DNA from: Oopsacas minuta
Lineage: Eukaryota > Animalia > Porifera
Length of the DNA stretch: 64,000 bases
Reading direction: 5' to 3'
NCBI GenBank assembly: GCA_024704765.1
Contig: JAKMXF010000077.1
Location: 387,220 to 451,219 of the forward strand
The translations under genes were made by a program, and so were the position numbers. Below are positions 1-14,600 of the stretch, one piece after another. The first letter of the stretch is position 1, and each line of letters opens with the position of its first letter. The notes under the pieces are model-generated. The model did not search any database. It was given only the letters and a program-made list of their open reading frames with translations, and was not told the DNA's origin.

Positions 1-269
1 GTATAAAACGTGGTAGTATTTTACAAAATATAAAGCCCATTCAATAACTTTGTTGAAGAGAATGAAGTATTTCATATTATTTGGCATAAATATTCCAATT
101 ATACAACTTATAAAAGAAATTATTTAGTCTCTATCATCTGCTATCAGCAAAGGGAACTAAAATAATGGATTAAAAACAAATAGCCAACAAATATATACAA
201 GGTAGATTTACTTAATCTCTCACATCCTCCAATTATTAATGACATGAATAGATTTAATGAAATGTAGTA

Positions 270-562
270 CAGTAGATGCCTGATATAAGAACCCCGGTTA
301 TACGAACATGCCGGTTGTAAGAACCATAACTCGATATACCGAATCTTTTGTATCTTAATCCATTGAATGTTTACCGAATATAAGAAGATTCCATGTTGGT
401 AATAAGAACATGCTGGATGAAAGAACCTTCTCCAGAAAACGATTCTCATATATTTCTGTAGATTTTATGCCGGTTATAAGAACATGTTATTATAATCGGA
501 ATGGCGCATAAAAGAACACTATGTCCATTTCTCGACGATGTTCTTATAGCCGGCCTTGACTG
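270..562. mobile_element. pogo/Tigger-like MITE (non-autonomous)
   Basis: TA|CAGTAGATGCCTGATATAAGAAC at left; reverse complement of the right end is TA|CAGTCAAGGCCGGCTATAAGAAC; internal repeats of GCCGGTTRTAAGAAC; no ORF. Confidence 0.55.
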
Positions 563-1270
563 TATATAATAATAGGATATAATTTGAGTCACAGGCATAT
601 ATATGTAACAAAATAACTTTCTAGCTAGTTGTGCGGGTCTAAACATATCAATTTTTGAATGTATAATAGAAGTATATATACCAAACAAATTTAAAGTTCG
701 CACCAATAAATGCCCCAATACGATTCTGGAGATAATACCTTGCACAATGCAAAAATCGTCCTCTAAATAGTATTAAGTTTAGATGTTCGTAAATTAGATA
801 TATTAATACTCATGATTATATAAGCTTTAATAAAATTCCACCCCTTAAGTTACAATTGCTAAAAACACAACAATGAAACTTGATCAATTTTTCAACCGAA
901 GAAAAAGATATTCAGATCAACAGAAAGACGATGACTTTCGTTACCCATTACAACCAATTACTTGTAATTTATAATGAAATTACGTATTTCTAGTTTGAAG
1001 ATATGCTTTCACAATGAGATTATCGAAATAATATTTCAAAGTAGTTGCTCACTGTGTATTATACAAAGGGCATAGAGAAGGTATGTAAAACGCCATATTA
1101 GGCAACCCTGACCAATGATAATGAGCATAGTTGGGCCGATCATCAATAATCATTTTATAGCGATTAGCTTAAGGAAGAATAATTAATGCTCATCATTGAA
1201 AAATGACTGTGATATAGTTTAACAATGCATATCACAGTATACCTTCGATTCCCTATACCATCTAGTTATA

Positions 1271-2580
1271 CAGGGTGACAAATAAGTTCTGTCCCATATG
1301 TTTGATGTAGTGTAGTTCCTTATTAAAGAACCAGATTAAACAGTTATAGTGTAAGATAAGTAACAATGTATATATTTAAGGTATTCAATGGTAATCTGTA
1401 CACTCTGAACAAGCTAAAAGATTCTAGGCAAAATGGAGAAGAATAGGGTGGCTATTGTTAAATTATATTTGCAAGGGAAAAGCCAAAGCGAAATATTGAA
1501 GATTCTCAATTTCCCCAAGTCGCGCAGGAAATTGATATATCGTACTATTAAAAGATATAAGGACACTGGTAGTACCTCAGACAGGCAGAGAAGTGGACGT
1601 CCAATATCTGCGACCACTACCCAGAAGAGAAAGGTTATCCGTAGTCGGATTCAGCGAAATCCGTAACGTTCGATGCGAAAAATGGCGCTAGAACTCAAAA
1701 TATCAAGAGAATCGGTCCGAACAATTGTGAAGAGCGATATGGGCCTATTTCCTTACAAAAAGAGGAAGGTTCACTTTATTTGCCACAGATTAAAGAAAAG
1801 AGACTAGCCAGGAGCAAGGCCTTACTCGCCCGGCTCGCAAGTTTTGGCCTTGATGAAATTTTATTCTCGGATGAGAAATTATTCACGGTCGAGCAGGCGC
1901 ACAATCGTCAAAACGATCGAGTATTGTCTCTTCTCCATCTTCCATACCACAAGAGTATCGATGCGTCCAAAGAGTTCAGCATCCTCAGTCAGTGATGGTT
2001 TGGGCGGGGGTGTCCGCAAAAGGCCGTACCCCACTGGTTCTCATCCCACCGGGCGTAAAAATAAACGCTGTTAAATATCAGGAGCTCGTTTTAGACCCAA
2101 TAATGAGAGGCCTTGGTAAGACCATGTTCGATAATCGTCCATTTTTATTCCAGCAAGACGGTGCGCCAGCCCACACAGCGAAAGTCAACCAACAGTGGTT
2201 ACGAAACAATATCCCAGACTTCATCTCCAAGGAGGAATGGCCTCCTTCCAGCCCAGATCTCAACCCGATGGACTTCTCGTTGTGGTCAATATTGGAGACA
2301 AATGCGTGCACTACTTCCCATAAGAGTATCAAGTCTTTAAAAACGTCTTTATCCCGAGAATGGGCAAAAATCCCGCAGGAAAAGTTGCGCGCCGCTGTCG
2401 AGTCCGTCCCCAAGCGGCTAAGAGCTGTCATCAAAAAGAAAGGGGGCTATATCGAACAATTGAATATATTATGAATCTATATTTAGTTTGCTAAGTTATA
2501 GCATAATTTCAAGTCAATATCTTAGTTCATAGCTTAGTTATAATAAATTTTCAATGGGACAGAACTTATTTGTCACCCTG
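1271..2580 (+). mobile_element. Tc1/mariner superfamily, maT (DD37D) transposon, full length, defective
   Basis: Perfect 27-bp TIRs CAGGGTGACAAATAAGTTCTGTCCCAT (1271-1297, 2554-2580), TA on both sides, 1310 bp. Confidence 0.95.
1433..2474 (+). pseudogene. maT DD37D transposase, disrupted
   Basis: HTH with RSGRP, FSDEKLF, QQDGAPAH, SPDLNPMDFS; 37 residues between 2nd and 3rd Asp (counted); stop at 1664-1666 and frameshifts near 1775 and 1990. Confidence 0.92.
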
Positions 2581-5476
2581 TACACTTAAAATTTCGATGT
2601 TCGAATAAGTGAAATTCTCGGTAAACTCAAATAATGTAGTTCCTTATATGAAATTCTCTATTCAGGAAAATATGTGAAAGTGAGAATTAGGAATTTGGAA
2701 TATTTGAAAAACGTATTTAGAACAATGGGGAATTAGACTGATCAAGAAATACAATAGGATCATAATATAGTGCAATACGATTGCGCTTTAGGAGAGATAT
2801 TTCGAGACATAATATAATACGAATTTTAGATCCCAATTAATTATAATACACCTAGTAAGATGTACTCATAAAATACCATAATTTCACAATAATTATACAG
2901 TTCTTGAAATATCAGAAACTTACGTGGTAAGAATGTAGAATTTCTGTTTTTCTGAATGTTGCTCTTAGCAAAATGACAAGGAACATCTTGAGAAGGGATA
3001 GAAATACAATCAAGAGCCTAAAGTACAGTGAAAGGTATAGCATTATATATGACAAAATTCAGCTGTTTCCTCATGTTTGGCGCGAAATATCAAAATACAA
3101 TGTGTACTAAATATCAGTATTGCATATTTAATGATGATTTAATGGTATTATTTCATCGCAATGTTCTTAAACCGTAATCATATTTGGGAAATATGGACAA
3201 TGGAAAAAGGGTATTAAAATTTGTATATTCACAAAGAAGTAAACAGATTTCTAAACAAATTATGTGAAATCGACTGATGGATAGTTGGTAACTTTTGATC
3301 TAATTGTGATTACATTTTTCAATAACAAATAGGGTTATCGACATAGTAATTGCCTAAAGAATGTTAGTACAATGGGCAAATAAACACGTGTGAAAATTTG
3401 ATTATTATCCATCGTATATGAATCAGTATTTGCACTACGATTACATATAAATGAAATAGTTTTAATTTTTCTCAAACAATCACAAGAAATTCCACTAACA
3501 AAATACATGTTTTGTGGTTATATTTTCGAACATAATTCACTTTTAGGGACGACGTGCCACCATTAACTGAAGTGGTAACCAAAGGAAACGTATTCATCGA
3601 TATGTCACTTACAAACACATTGTATGTACAATACCTGGCCCCAAGGTACTGGAAAATCTTATTACTTGCTATGCGAGTGTCGCTATGTGAGAATATGTTA
3701 AATATTCTGTGGATATCACAAAAAGTAAAGAAAATAGTCTATTCATACTGTAAATCATACATTTCTTTTCTAAATTATTGAAAGATCTATAGTTTCTGTA
3801 AGTAAATGGCATGCATAATTATCCAATGCAATTGTGGCAAGGTGTTCCAATACTCTTTGCAAGTGTACAAATTTAGAACATGAAAGCACATTATGTGTAT
3901 AATTAGTGGCTACTAACGTGTAATGTCGAACAAGGGATTACTAGTTAAGGTCAGGACAAATTTTGAAGATGGGATGTTGTCATATGTCCAATACATTCTG
4001 GCACTTTCCAATTGATAAAAGGGGTTGAAGTGATAACATGAAAGAAGATTAATTTTACACTGATAACAAATATCATATTAGCAAAATTGGATAAAATATA
4101 TATTGTCGTGGTAATCTCGATTTAAACACCTTCAAAATGTTTCGCGCAATTGGTCAATTGAGTTCGACACGATGGATATTGAGTTGGGGCTATACACAAA
4201 ATGAATTACACTGGATCCTCAATAGTGTAGTCTCTATAAAAGGGAACTCCTAAAAGCGTCAAATTTGGTCCATTTAAATATATTTCCATTCAAACGAACA
4301 TCCAAAGATGGAGGAGTGGTGATTGGTTGTAACCTAAGAGAAAGATATATGTCTTATTACATAGAAATTTACCTCTAAAGGCGCGGAATTCGACAATAAA
4401 TTTTCATGAATAATTATTAAGCATTTATCGTGAATATGAATTAGTATTAAGTTTCTCAGTAGAAAATTTCTAACAATTTTTCATGTTAAACCTACAAGGT
4501 TGGGGCATATTGTATCTATCAAATATCATTGAATAACAGACGTTGCAGGAAATTGCTATTCATATTGACTCAAAATAACTGGATAAGGAATTTACACTTG
4601 AAATGTGTATATGAGGAATGAACCATATTAGGAGATTCTGGATCTGGACCTTCCCCCAATTATAGAGGTCCCACTGAAATTCTCTAGTGGAACACCATCA
4701 GAAAGTTTGAAATATCAATGGATAATGAATGATAGTCTCCTGGAACATATCGACTGGAAAATTTCTGTATCTAACGAATCGAATATTTATCATACAACAA
4801 TTTGGGCAACATAAATTTTTGATCATTACTTGTATTTTAATTGCTGTGATTTCTTCACAATAGCAAAATATTGCTCCAACTTTTCAAGATATAATTTTTC
4901 AAGAGCTTCGAAACTTATGTTTATGAAATGGAGTTCAAACCAGATGATCATTATGATTATTTTATTACTTTAAATATTGATCTCGGAATTAATGCGTTGA
5001 AACTAGGAAATTCTTAGAAGTATATATTCCTGTAAATCCATGTTGAGAGCAAATCCCTTCAAAGATTCAATTTGATCTAAGCAACAAAGTCACCAACCTT
5101 TTTATGCGACAATATTTTAGGAATGTGTTATCCCTTGTCTCTAAAATGATCTGTACGCTAATTCAAAAACGAGCCAACTTTGGTATCGAGTATGATTAAA
5201 CATATTCATTTTGAAATGATAGTTATATAAGTAAGTCATACAAGAGATCGAAGAATGACATACATTAGAAAATAAATGCTTACTAGACACATTTGTTAAA
5301 ATGAAATATCTTGCATATCATGGTTGAATATTTGTAGTTTAACAAATATCAAATACATGTATTCGGGCAACAAACTACTTTCTGCAATATAGAACTCAGA
5401 AGGAATTTGTTTATTGGTCAACACATCCTTAATCCAAAATTCCAAAGCTACTATTAAGCCATATGTTCAGTACGGC

Positions 5477-6039
5477 CAGTGGTGCAGTCCTCAATATTAT
5501 ATTTGGTGATAAAGAATATTTTAAGTAATATTGATTCAGTAAACTCCGCAATCCACTTTAACCAAACAATTTTAGTATTATAGAATGTAAATAATCATTA
5601 GAGAGTGTTAGAATCGATTTCTAGGTCGCTCTTGCCATTCTATAGTACATCCCTGAGCAAGTTTATAAATTGTGAAATTCATCTTATGAATTTTTCACGT
5701 GTCTTGAATTTTTGAAGGGCGATGTGACACAGCCCAAGTGCCCGTTGATAGTACGGCTCATAATATGCTAAATCGCCCTAGCGTTAGTATGGTCAAGTGG
5801 CCAGAAACAGTACAATACGATGTTAAATAACTACGGGTAACCGGGAAATACGTTCAAGCGGCATAATCGGGTGACAATAGCCTGGTGCCAATGTGACCCT
5901 ATTAGGCGGAGTCTATTAGAAACGACAGGCAACTCCGGAATAACAAATTTACATTTATTTAACTAATTATCAATTGATCGAAATAAAAATACATCAAGTT
6001 AAAGTGAGGAAGCGCAGCTCCCCCTACACTACGCCCCTG
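5477..6039. mobile_element. hAT-type non-autonomous element (degenerate)
   Basis: Ends CAGTGGTGCAGT and (reverse complement) CAGGGGCGTAGT; flanking 8-mers AGTACGGC / AGTATGCC match 6 of 8, consistent with an old 8-bp TSD. Confidence 0.4.
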
Positions 6040-8809
6040 AGTATGCCATAGGGGATTGGACCCCTAGCTTTGTGGAAATCGATGTAACCCTTATTTGATA
6101 AATCTTTACAAAGCACATCAAGATTAAGCGTACCAAAGTGCGCTAAATCATTCACATATATTATACGTATTTCGCCACCAGCAAATACCAACTACATAAA
6201 CAATCCAGCAACAATAACCTATTAATTGCTGCGACGAAACGATGAATCACATATATACAGGAACACTCGGGAATCCAAATCTCGTTTCTCCGATCCCTAG
6301 GAATTGAAAATTTCCGAATATTCATACAAGTTTTGGAAACATTCTAAAATGAAAATTAATAACTCCATCCAATTCGAATTTAACCATATGCATATGTATA
6401 TGGTCAAACAATATTACGCGTGTTGACAGCCTTGCTATAATTTGTATAACTTTCGATAAAATGTTTCTCTAATCCGAACAATTTCACAAATCAGAACTTC
6501 TTAACTTATAATTGGAACAATCAGGTTAGCTAGGATGTTATATTCAAACAAATGGACTCAGAATATCTGTACATATTCACACAAGTAATAAGATAGCCAT
6601 GATCGTGAATGAATGAGGAACTGGAAGACCCACAGGGCTGACTTTTGGCAAACAAGGATATTTTTTGGCTGGCTCGGATATTTAGAGTGACAGAAGAATA
6701 TTCACACGTTGGACGAAATGATGTCATAATTAGATAATCGAAAATTGACATTACAATCCACTGCTCAGACAAAATTTGTGTTTGATGTGGAATATCAAAC
6801 TCCAATCGGCCTTGATAATGCGTACTCATCATGGAATAATTTCGTCATCATGACAGTCAAAATATCAAATAATCTAATTTTTTAATGATAGATACGTAGT
6901 GTCGAGTATTACGACAGAAAGCTAAGTAGCAAGTTTTGTGTTCCCAGAGAATACTAATAACAGATATAAAATTGAGTTACCGGATGTTAATAGTGCACAC
7001 ATATATCACCAATTACATCCATACAATTAAAACGCGATTAGGCTATGTGATTACGTTGCGTCTGTATGGTCCACTTCCATCACTTTACTGTACCGACGTC
7101 CAGATGGAAAGCCCTAAGTCCTATGTCTAACGAACTTAAAGATACTTAACCGGACGTCTAGATGTTGAACCGGAAGTCTAAATCCTTAGTCGGTGATACT
7201 GATACATACTCGGTGTCCTGATGCGAAACCAGATATCCCATTAGGAAGAAGGATGTCTAGTTGCGCATCGGGAAGGAGACTCACCAAAAGACCAATTGCA
7301 TCATTTGTTTACCCTAATTCCTGTTAGAATCTGGGTTGTTACAACTTTAAATTAAAAAGTTTCTGAGAATACATATACTCTTGTATGGATATCACAGGTT
7401 CTGATAAAGTTGTATTCGAATCTATTTTCACTTATTGTTTTTCTTACTATACATATATGTACAGTCCGAGTGTCCAAACACGTCCGATGCTTACCCAGAA
7501 GTTTTAGATATAACCAGGCCTCCCGAAGCTTAACTTGTCGTCTGGTTACAAAACAGGACAGATTGTGCATCTGACCGGGTGATATACAAATGGGACTTCG
7601 TTAATCTGAACACAGACGAACAGTCAAAATTGGCTCGACTTAGCCGGAGTTAGCATTAACCTAAGTGATTAAGTGAAAAAAATTGTAGGGGCAAGATATT
7701 AGTAGAATCGATATTCGTCTTATCCAGAAATTAGTAGAAACCGTGTTCGTAAGAACAAGAGCCGCATGATCTTTGAAATATCACACTATTTGCCACTGCT
7801 CAGCCAATGTACATGATAGAAATTTGAATTTTTGAATCAAAAGCACCAAAAATGCTACATGTTCTGATGCCATGATAATCTCAATATACAAAATCATCAT
7901 AGAATAACTACGTTATCATTACTCTGGAAAAGTGGAATATTCTAGATTTTAGGATAAATTGATATTAATCGAGGAACGTAGTGCCGGGATTCATATCAAA
8001 ACCAGCGGAGTTGCTGTACTGTGACGAGAGAAAGCATAATAAATCTTTTAGACTGAGCATGGATATATTTTCGAAATTTGTCACATATTTTTGGGCTTGA
8101 AGCACGAAGTGCCAAGGGTATTGGGTCACTCAGGGATCAAACCCTGAATAATGTTGGATAAATCTGACAGCATATTTGAAATCTGAACTACACCAGAGAT
8201 CTCATCATGTATACATTCGGAAAATTTCAGCTGAGTTATGATCTCTATCAAATTATTACCAATTATCCAAAAGTTTTACTTTTGGCAGAGACAAGTGAAG
8301 ATTCAAAGAAAAGATTTCAAAATCACATACACGACCAAATTTCCCATGAAACTACAAATTCAAAGTTCGTACTGCATTTTTGTTTATTACAAAAATGTAT
8401 TTCATGGTGTCTCGCAACATACGCTACTTTTGTATCAAGGGGTAAATTTTTAATAGAGATAATAAATAAGCTCAAGATTTTCAGTATATGTAGAAAAATG
8501 GGATCTATGGTATTCAGAGTATATTTTCCAAAAAAGCTTTCAGATTGCACTAGATGACAATAATTGTTTGATATGTTTTAACCCAAATTGCCCCCCCCAC
8601 CCTCGTAAACAGATAATGCGCCCCAATGTCAGTGATGACTTGTCTTGTTTGTATAGCATATCAAAGTATTTTGAGGTTGTGTACCTAGTTGTCAATTGTG
8701 AAACAAATGCAACCATAAAACCAATAATCTTTACAATTCATCACATTTTAATAGGTTTGTTTTACATTATGGATCCCATGAATACGAGTGTATTGTAAAG
8801 TATCTCAAG

Positions 8810-9900
8810 TCTCGAGAATTTGTTTGTTATACAGAAAAATGAAGTAGATGATGTACTCAAAGAGGTACATGACCACTCTGGCCATCAATGGGCTCGATAT
8901 ATATATATAATAGCGAAAGATCGAAACTTTGGTCTAGCATGTTGAAAGATAGTACAGAATATGTACAAGCTTCCATAGCTTGTTTTATAAATCAGTGAAC
9001 CCTAAAAGTCCAAGAAATCCTCTAAAACCTCTTCCACTTATGAATAAAGTTTGGTTCAGCGTTGGTATGGATCTCACTGGTACACTTATTGAATCTAATA
9101 GGTATATAAATATATTAACAGTAATCGACCATTTCACGCACTGATTAGAGATCCCAGCCTCGAATAAAGGAGTAAAAAGAAGTCGCGAAGGATGTATTCT
9201 CCATCTATTGCAGACAAGGGGCACAAGTCCAAATAATTATGTGATAACGTGACTGCATTCCCAAACAAATTACGCAATGAGTCGCATGAATTATATAATT
9301 GCAAACTAATCCTTTCCTCCCTGAAAATCCTCAAACCAATGGATTAGTGGAATCATCCAACATGCCCTTAAAAGCTCCCTCATACAAATTTCGAAGGATA
9401 AAAAAGAAAATGGTCTGATTATTGGGAAAATCTTACTTTTTCCCAGAATATAAGGCCCCGAGAAACAACGAAATGCTCAGCTTTCGAACAGATGCACGGT
9501 TTTCGTGGGCCCCGACCCCCAATCCAAGCAGAGAGTCTTGCAGCAGTGTATACTAATGCTCTGAGAATTCATCCTGGAAGGATCCGCAAAAAATGAAGAC
9601 CTCGTTAAATTAACCAACTTCACACGAGAAGGTCAGATGAAAGCTCTTACACACTCAAAAAGACAATTGAAGGAGCAGCATGACAAACAACTGACCCCAA
9701 AGCGTTAAAGCTAAAGAATTTAAGAAAGGAGACAAGGTACTCGTCGAAATGTCCATCAGAAGAGAAAAGGAGGGAAGATCAACGATAAGTGGCTCGGGCT
9801 CTATCCAGTGAACAAACTAAATCCTACAAACATCCAGATCTCCAAGAATAAAAAACTATACGTGTAGAAACACGCAAAGCAAAACTATGATGAACACCTC
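8810..9900 (+). pseudogene. Ty3/Gypsy LTR retrotransposon integrase relic
   Basis: Across frameshifts: EVHDHSGHQ...FWSSMLKDSTEYVQASIAC (HHCC remnant), KVWFSVGMDLTGTLIESNRYINILTVIDHFT (core), PQTNGLVES (D35E region), FKKGDKVLV...KWLGLYPV (GPY/F module). No LTRs or RT found. Confidence 0.85.
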
Positions 9901-10337
9901 CACTCACTAACAAACAATTATGTTTAGATAGCGATCTCAAGACAGCCCTATCTCCTTAAAAGGCAAAATATTTTGATCTCCCCTTCGACAAAAGATAGAT
10001 TAATTGATTCCAAAGAGGTACAACGGAAGTTTTAGATGTACTTAGTACATGTAAAGAGAGAATCATCAACTCTATCAAATATTCAGATACGATATCTTAG
10101 CTACACCTTGAACTCAATTGCAGACTTCACATTCCTTACGATGAACTACTGGAATGGAGAGCAGATAATTATCCCTCAACAAAGAACAGTGAAGATGAAC
10201 TGCTTGATTTGGACACTAAACAGGATATCTCTGAAACACTGACAACTTACTATTTGGAGGTCTATGAGATAAAGATACCCTTATATCAATAGACGTCTCT
10301 AGATATTGAGTTTTCGACAAATTGACAAACCAAAAAT

Positions 10338-10888
10338 ATTAAGTATGTAATCAAGGTCCTACTGTCAGTAGTTATGCTAGGAGTAGTCATTAACAACTCT
10401 GAATGTAATTTCTTGGGGTATAAAAGTAAGAGGGCCAATCTTTCAAAGCTACTGAGTTTTGTCGGGACTTTTACATTATAGCTTTTCAATGCTGGAGTTG
10501 TTGCCATCAATCGGAGAAAATGCTCAATTTGTCTTCAGTTTTGACATTTATTTCAAATTGTTAAACTATTCTTAACAATCAGATAGATGCAAGCTACACT
10601 TGCTTAAAGTCTAGAGACAAGAATGCCAACGTTGAACATCTATCGAGAGAATTCATGAGGATAACACTACATACTTTTCCTGAGGTTGGGCACCTTACTA
10701 CATGTGTTGATGAAAGAAGTGTTGAAGATCTTATTGTGATACCACACAAAAATTATCAGCTAGAGTATACTCTCCCTGTTTTTACTATCCACAGTGGTGT
10801 ACACTTTCATATGAAGTTTAAATATCAGGACGAATGGTATATCTATGATGTGATGGAGAGGCCGAAGATGAAAAATCTGAAAGACTAG
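10338..10888 (+). pseudogene. possible env-like (fusion glycoprotein) ORF remnant downstream of the Gypsy integrase
   Basis: KYVIKVLLSVVMLGVVINNSEC (signal-peptide-like), KSKR (10422-10433), hydrophobic ANLSKLLSFVGTFTL*LFNAGVVAIN, then after a frameshift a heptad-like MLNLSSVLTFISNC*TILNNQID continuing into ORF 10655-10888. Confidence 0.3.
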
Positions 10889-11452
10889 TCAACTCTCTGT
10901 TCTGCGAACGGATAAGTTGCGCCATTTACATGTGACTAATGTGATAGCAGGAAAAACTTAGGATAGACTGTATCTATGCGTAGAACTTGTACAGTAAATT
11001 CAATAGTTTTTTGAATCAATAATCATGTTGTTAGTAACTACTAAAGCGGTTCGTTTGTTTACGCTACGCGATTGCGGACACTTCGTGCTCGTACCCGGTC
11101 CATACTTCAATATGGAGGAAGTCGCCTCTGAGAATTCAAATTTATAGAATTCTGTACTAAGTACTTGTGAACAACGTAGAATGTTATTGAAAATAACATA
11201 TTCGGAATGAGCATACCAGATTACTCTATAATACAGTTTCTGGGAGTATTTTGAATTCAATATATTTTGTGTACTATAAATTAAAACAATGCTAAATTTA
11301 CATATGATAAACTCAAAACAGCGAAATTCTGATCCAGCATATTGATAATTATTAGTCAAGTTATGTTAAATCTGTTTAACACACTAAATACGTATAGAAC
11401 AACACACAATTGTTCTGCAAAAATGATTCAAAATGCAACGAATTAACATATA

Positions 11453-11632
11453 ATAGAACTCGTTAATACGTACACCAAGGGACCGTTGAGATTTGTACGC
11501 CTTATATAGACTACATATTAACCGGTGTGAAAACAATCGGATATCCATTGTATGGACTATAATTGTGTAAAATTGTGTTCGTCTTAACCGGAAATTCGTA
11601 TTACATGTGTTCGTATTAATGAGGATTCACTG
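11453..11632. mobile_element. pogo/Tigger-like MITE
   Basis: Right end reverse complement TA|CAGTGAATCCTCATTAATACGAACAC; degenerate left end AATAGAACTCGTTAATACGTACAC. Confidence 0.45.
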
Positions 11633-14600
11633 TATATATTATTCACTCTGATAAGTTAGCCAGTGTGCGTGATACAAAAACGATCAATCATTATCACATA
11701 ACATGACAAGTCATCATTACCTATGGGAGGCATTATTTGTAGAGGTGGTGGCAATATTTCACATAAACGATGGATATTTGATCATGGCCGCAGGGCAATT
11801 TCTGTCAAAACAGATACACGAGTATAATTCAGGAATTCTCATATAATAATGGAAATTTTAAGACACGAAATTACACAAGACAACATTGGCGTGTTTTTGA
11901 GTCACACTGGAACTTGCCAACTAGTAGATTATAACAAATCTATGAACAATTGAGCAATCTCGTTTTTAACCTATCATTATAAATGCAGGAATGAGAATGA
12001 AAATATTATAGACCTGAATAACTTTCAATTAAGAATATTTTGAAAACATTTCCCAATTATGGAAAAGATGACGTCATTCATAACAAAATATTTTGTGAAG
12101 ACCGATAGTATCATTCTATAATACATCAGATAAAATCCAAGTATTAATATTGGATGAACAAATATACCCACAATCCGAATAGTTAAATATTTGGATTGTA
12201 GGTATATTTGTCTATTGTTAAAGGAGCGAATAATTTCTAGTTGAGTACGTGTTAAACCTTTGTACATGTATTTGCTACAAAGCATTTTTTGAAATGATGA
12301 AATGATTTGAAATTGTGACGGAGGACCAAATAAGTAATGTATTAAATGGTTCCTTAATACTCTGAGTCAAAGACACGCGCATGTGCAAGTAGAGAGACGC
12401 AACAACAGCAAAATACCCGGCAATAAGCGAGGTGTTGTTGATAACTAAAGGGTACAATTTTGTAAAATCCCAAAATATCAATAATCTACACTGCTGATGG
12501 CCTGGGAACAAAAGGGGAAATAGAAGTACAATTAGATGGTCGTTGAATACAATTACGCAAAATCGGGCAAATATATTATTGAGGATCGCGATGAGTAAAA
12601 TAAAATCAAGTAATCAACCGGCGTCGAACGAACTGTCACTCGATTGGTCTAGGAAAATTAGAGAAGGAATTTTGAGTAGTTAGGGAAAACTCGATACAAT
12701 TATGGTTGATGTAAATCTACTACTGTAGAACCTGATTAGTTGGAACACTGTTTATTACAAGTTTCGGAATAATATAAATAAATATTTGAACAAAATGAGA
12801 GCCATACAATGTTCTCAAAGTATTCTAGTCCTGTTAATACGTACTCCGGATGAGAGGGAAAATTTCAAAAACTCCACTTGTGGACATATTATCTAGGTAT
12901 TACGAATCAGACTTAATGTTGAGCATGAATGTGACCATAAAAAGTTGTTCCAAATGTAATTGAAATATTTAGCATTAATTGACAACACCGGCGATTCGAA
13001 AATTGAAGAAATTTATTAGCTGATGAAGGTCGATATAAAGCAATTATAGATTGCCTCTTGTTATTAAATGTTTTCCATAATACATAATATCAGTTTGCAA
13101 TAACTGGGTTCCATAATAGATCTCCTTCTTGTAATCAGGAACCAATTCAACAGGGTATATGGTACGATCCTGCTTCATTGATGAAAGGGATCTCACTAAG
13201 TGCGACTGAATCATTATTAGCTGAAGATAGATTATCAATGGCTTTCGTTCGGAAGAACTTTTCTGTGATATAAAAATACGATAAGATCTAGTGCATTTCG
13301 ACAAAAGTATATTTATGAAATATTTGGAAAAAAATTTCAAAGGTCTGAAAGTTTAATCACAATGTTTCAGAAAGTCCTCAAAATCTTTGAGCTGTGAACA
13401 CAGAAAGCCAATGAGAGTCGTAGTCCTAAACTTTGCATGATGTTAATTAAGGCTGTAATTTCCACCATTGGACAAGTATAACTTTTTCGGGAGGTATTTG
13501 ACTTGTGAGGCAGCTAAAGATTGACGAGGCTATGAGGTACAATGTCATGCATTTTGAGAATATGAGGAATAGAGGTGTACAAAAGCAAGAACCTAAATTG
13601 AAAAGGAAAATTGTCCAAGGCCAAACTATGCGGTGAATCAGGAAACAAGGAGATTGGTCTTGAGTAGGGAATAACATTATCCCCTCCAGTGTCAGTGATA
13701 TCCTTTCAGATGCCATAAGATGGCACATGCTGGTGACATGAGTTCATGTATCGCAACGACAAAATCTATTATCTTCAACAAGCATCGAAATGGACAGAGA
13801 ATAACGTTTTAGAAACCAGTTCTGAACGGACAGACTGAATATTATCCAAAAACTTCTGTTGGAATGTAAATCACCAAAGCTATACTTCATTCACGATTTA
13901 TATCAGTGCTTATACTAGAAAAAAGAATTTACAGATCAATTGATGACAGCCCTTAGGTATGTGTGATCAGAGCTAGTATGTTGTATTAGTAAAATAGAAA
14001 ACTTCAGTTGGCAAGCAGCCTAAATAATTTCGAATTATTAAATAATAATTTGTCGAAATGCAGTAAGTTATGGATCGGAGCATAAGGATTTAACCTGTAA
14101 AATCACGAACAAGACCAGGCGAACTGAGGTGCATAAAATTGAACAGGACCGAACAGGGACCAAAAGTATATGTCAAGCCCAGGCTCGTCCGGTGGTCAGG
14201 AAAGACCATCGCATCTATGATATGTGGTCAACACATTCTAAGAATTTTTGACACCGTGGCTTACAACTACAATTGAATGCACTCATCACTGATCAAAATG
14301 AAAGTAAAGTTCGAATGAGTGTGCGTAGTTTGAAAAAAGATTAAGCAACACTGATTTAACCCAAACCAAGATTGAATGTTTTCCGAAGCTATCTCTAACC
14401 AAAGACGACGGGCATATTCTTGGAAATGCATCTCAGGTATTAAGTAGATGGCAATCAGATAATATGTTTTGAACATGCAAATTGTATATAGCAACAGGAA
14501 ACAAATATTTGGTCTCAACAAATATTCTACAAAGGTCTGTGGGTGGGCATATGGCAAAATAGTAGTCCGTTCGAAACACGAAAAATTGGAAAAGGTAGCT

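Noticed and set aside
3841-3865. Tc1-like solo right TIR (reverse complement CACTTGCAAAGAGTATTGGAACACC)
   Set aside because: No partner TIR or transposase found.
4840-4885. EQYFAIV on the minus strand as the next PTP exon
   Set aside because: Preceded by TTG, not AG; the alternative AAG acceptor adds a residue and the frame stops after a few codons.
5770-5860. tRNA/SINE-like A box (TGGTCAAGTGG)
   Set aside because: No convincing B box or cloverleaf.
6560-6880. NHL-repeat-like fragments (GRPTGLTFGKQGY, TPIGLD)
   Set aside because: Only short, low-complexity resemblance across stops; not enough for a call.
12415-12520. FLYWCH/MULE-like fragment (EVLLITKGYNF)
   Set aside because: Single weak motif with no MULE catalytic domain or TIRs nearby.
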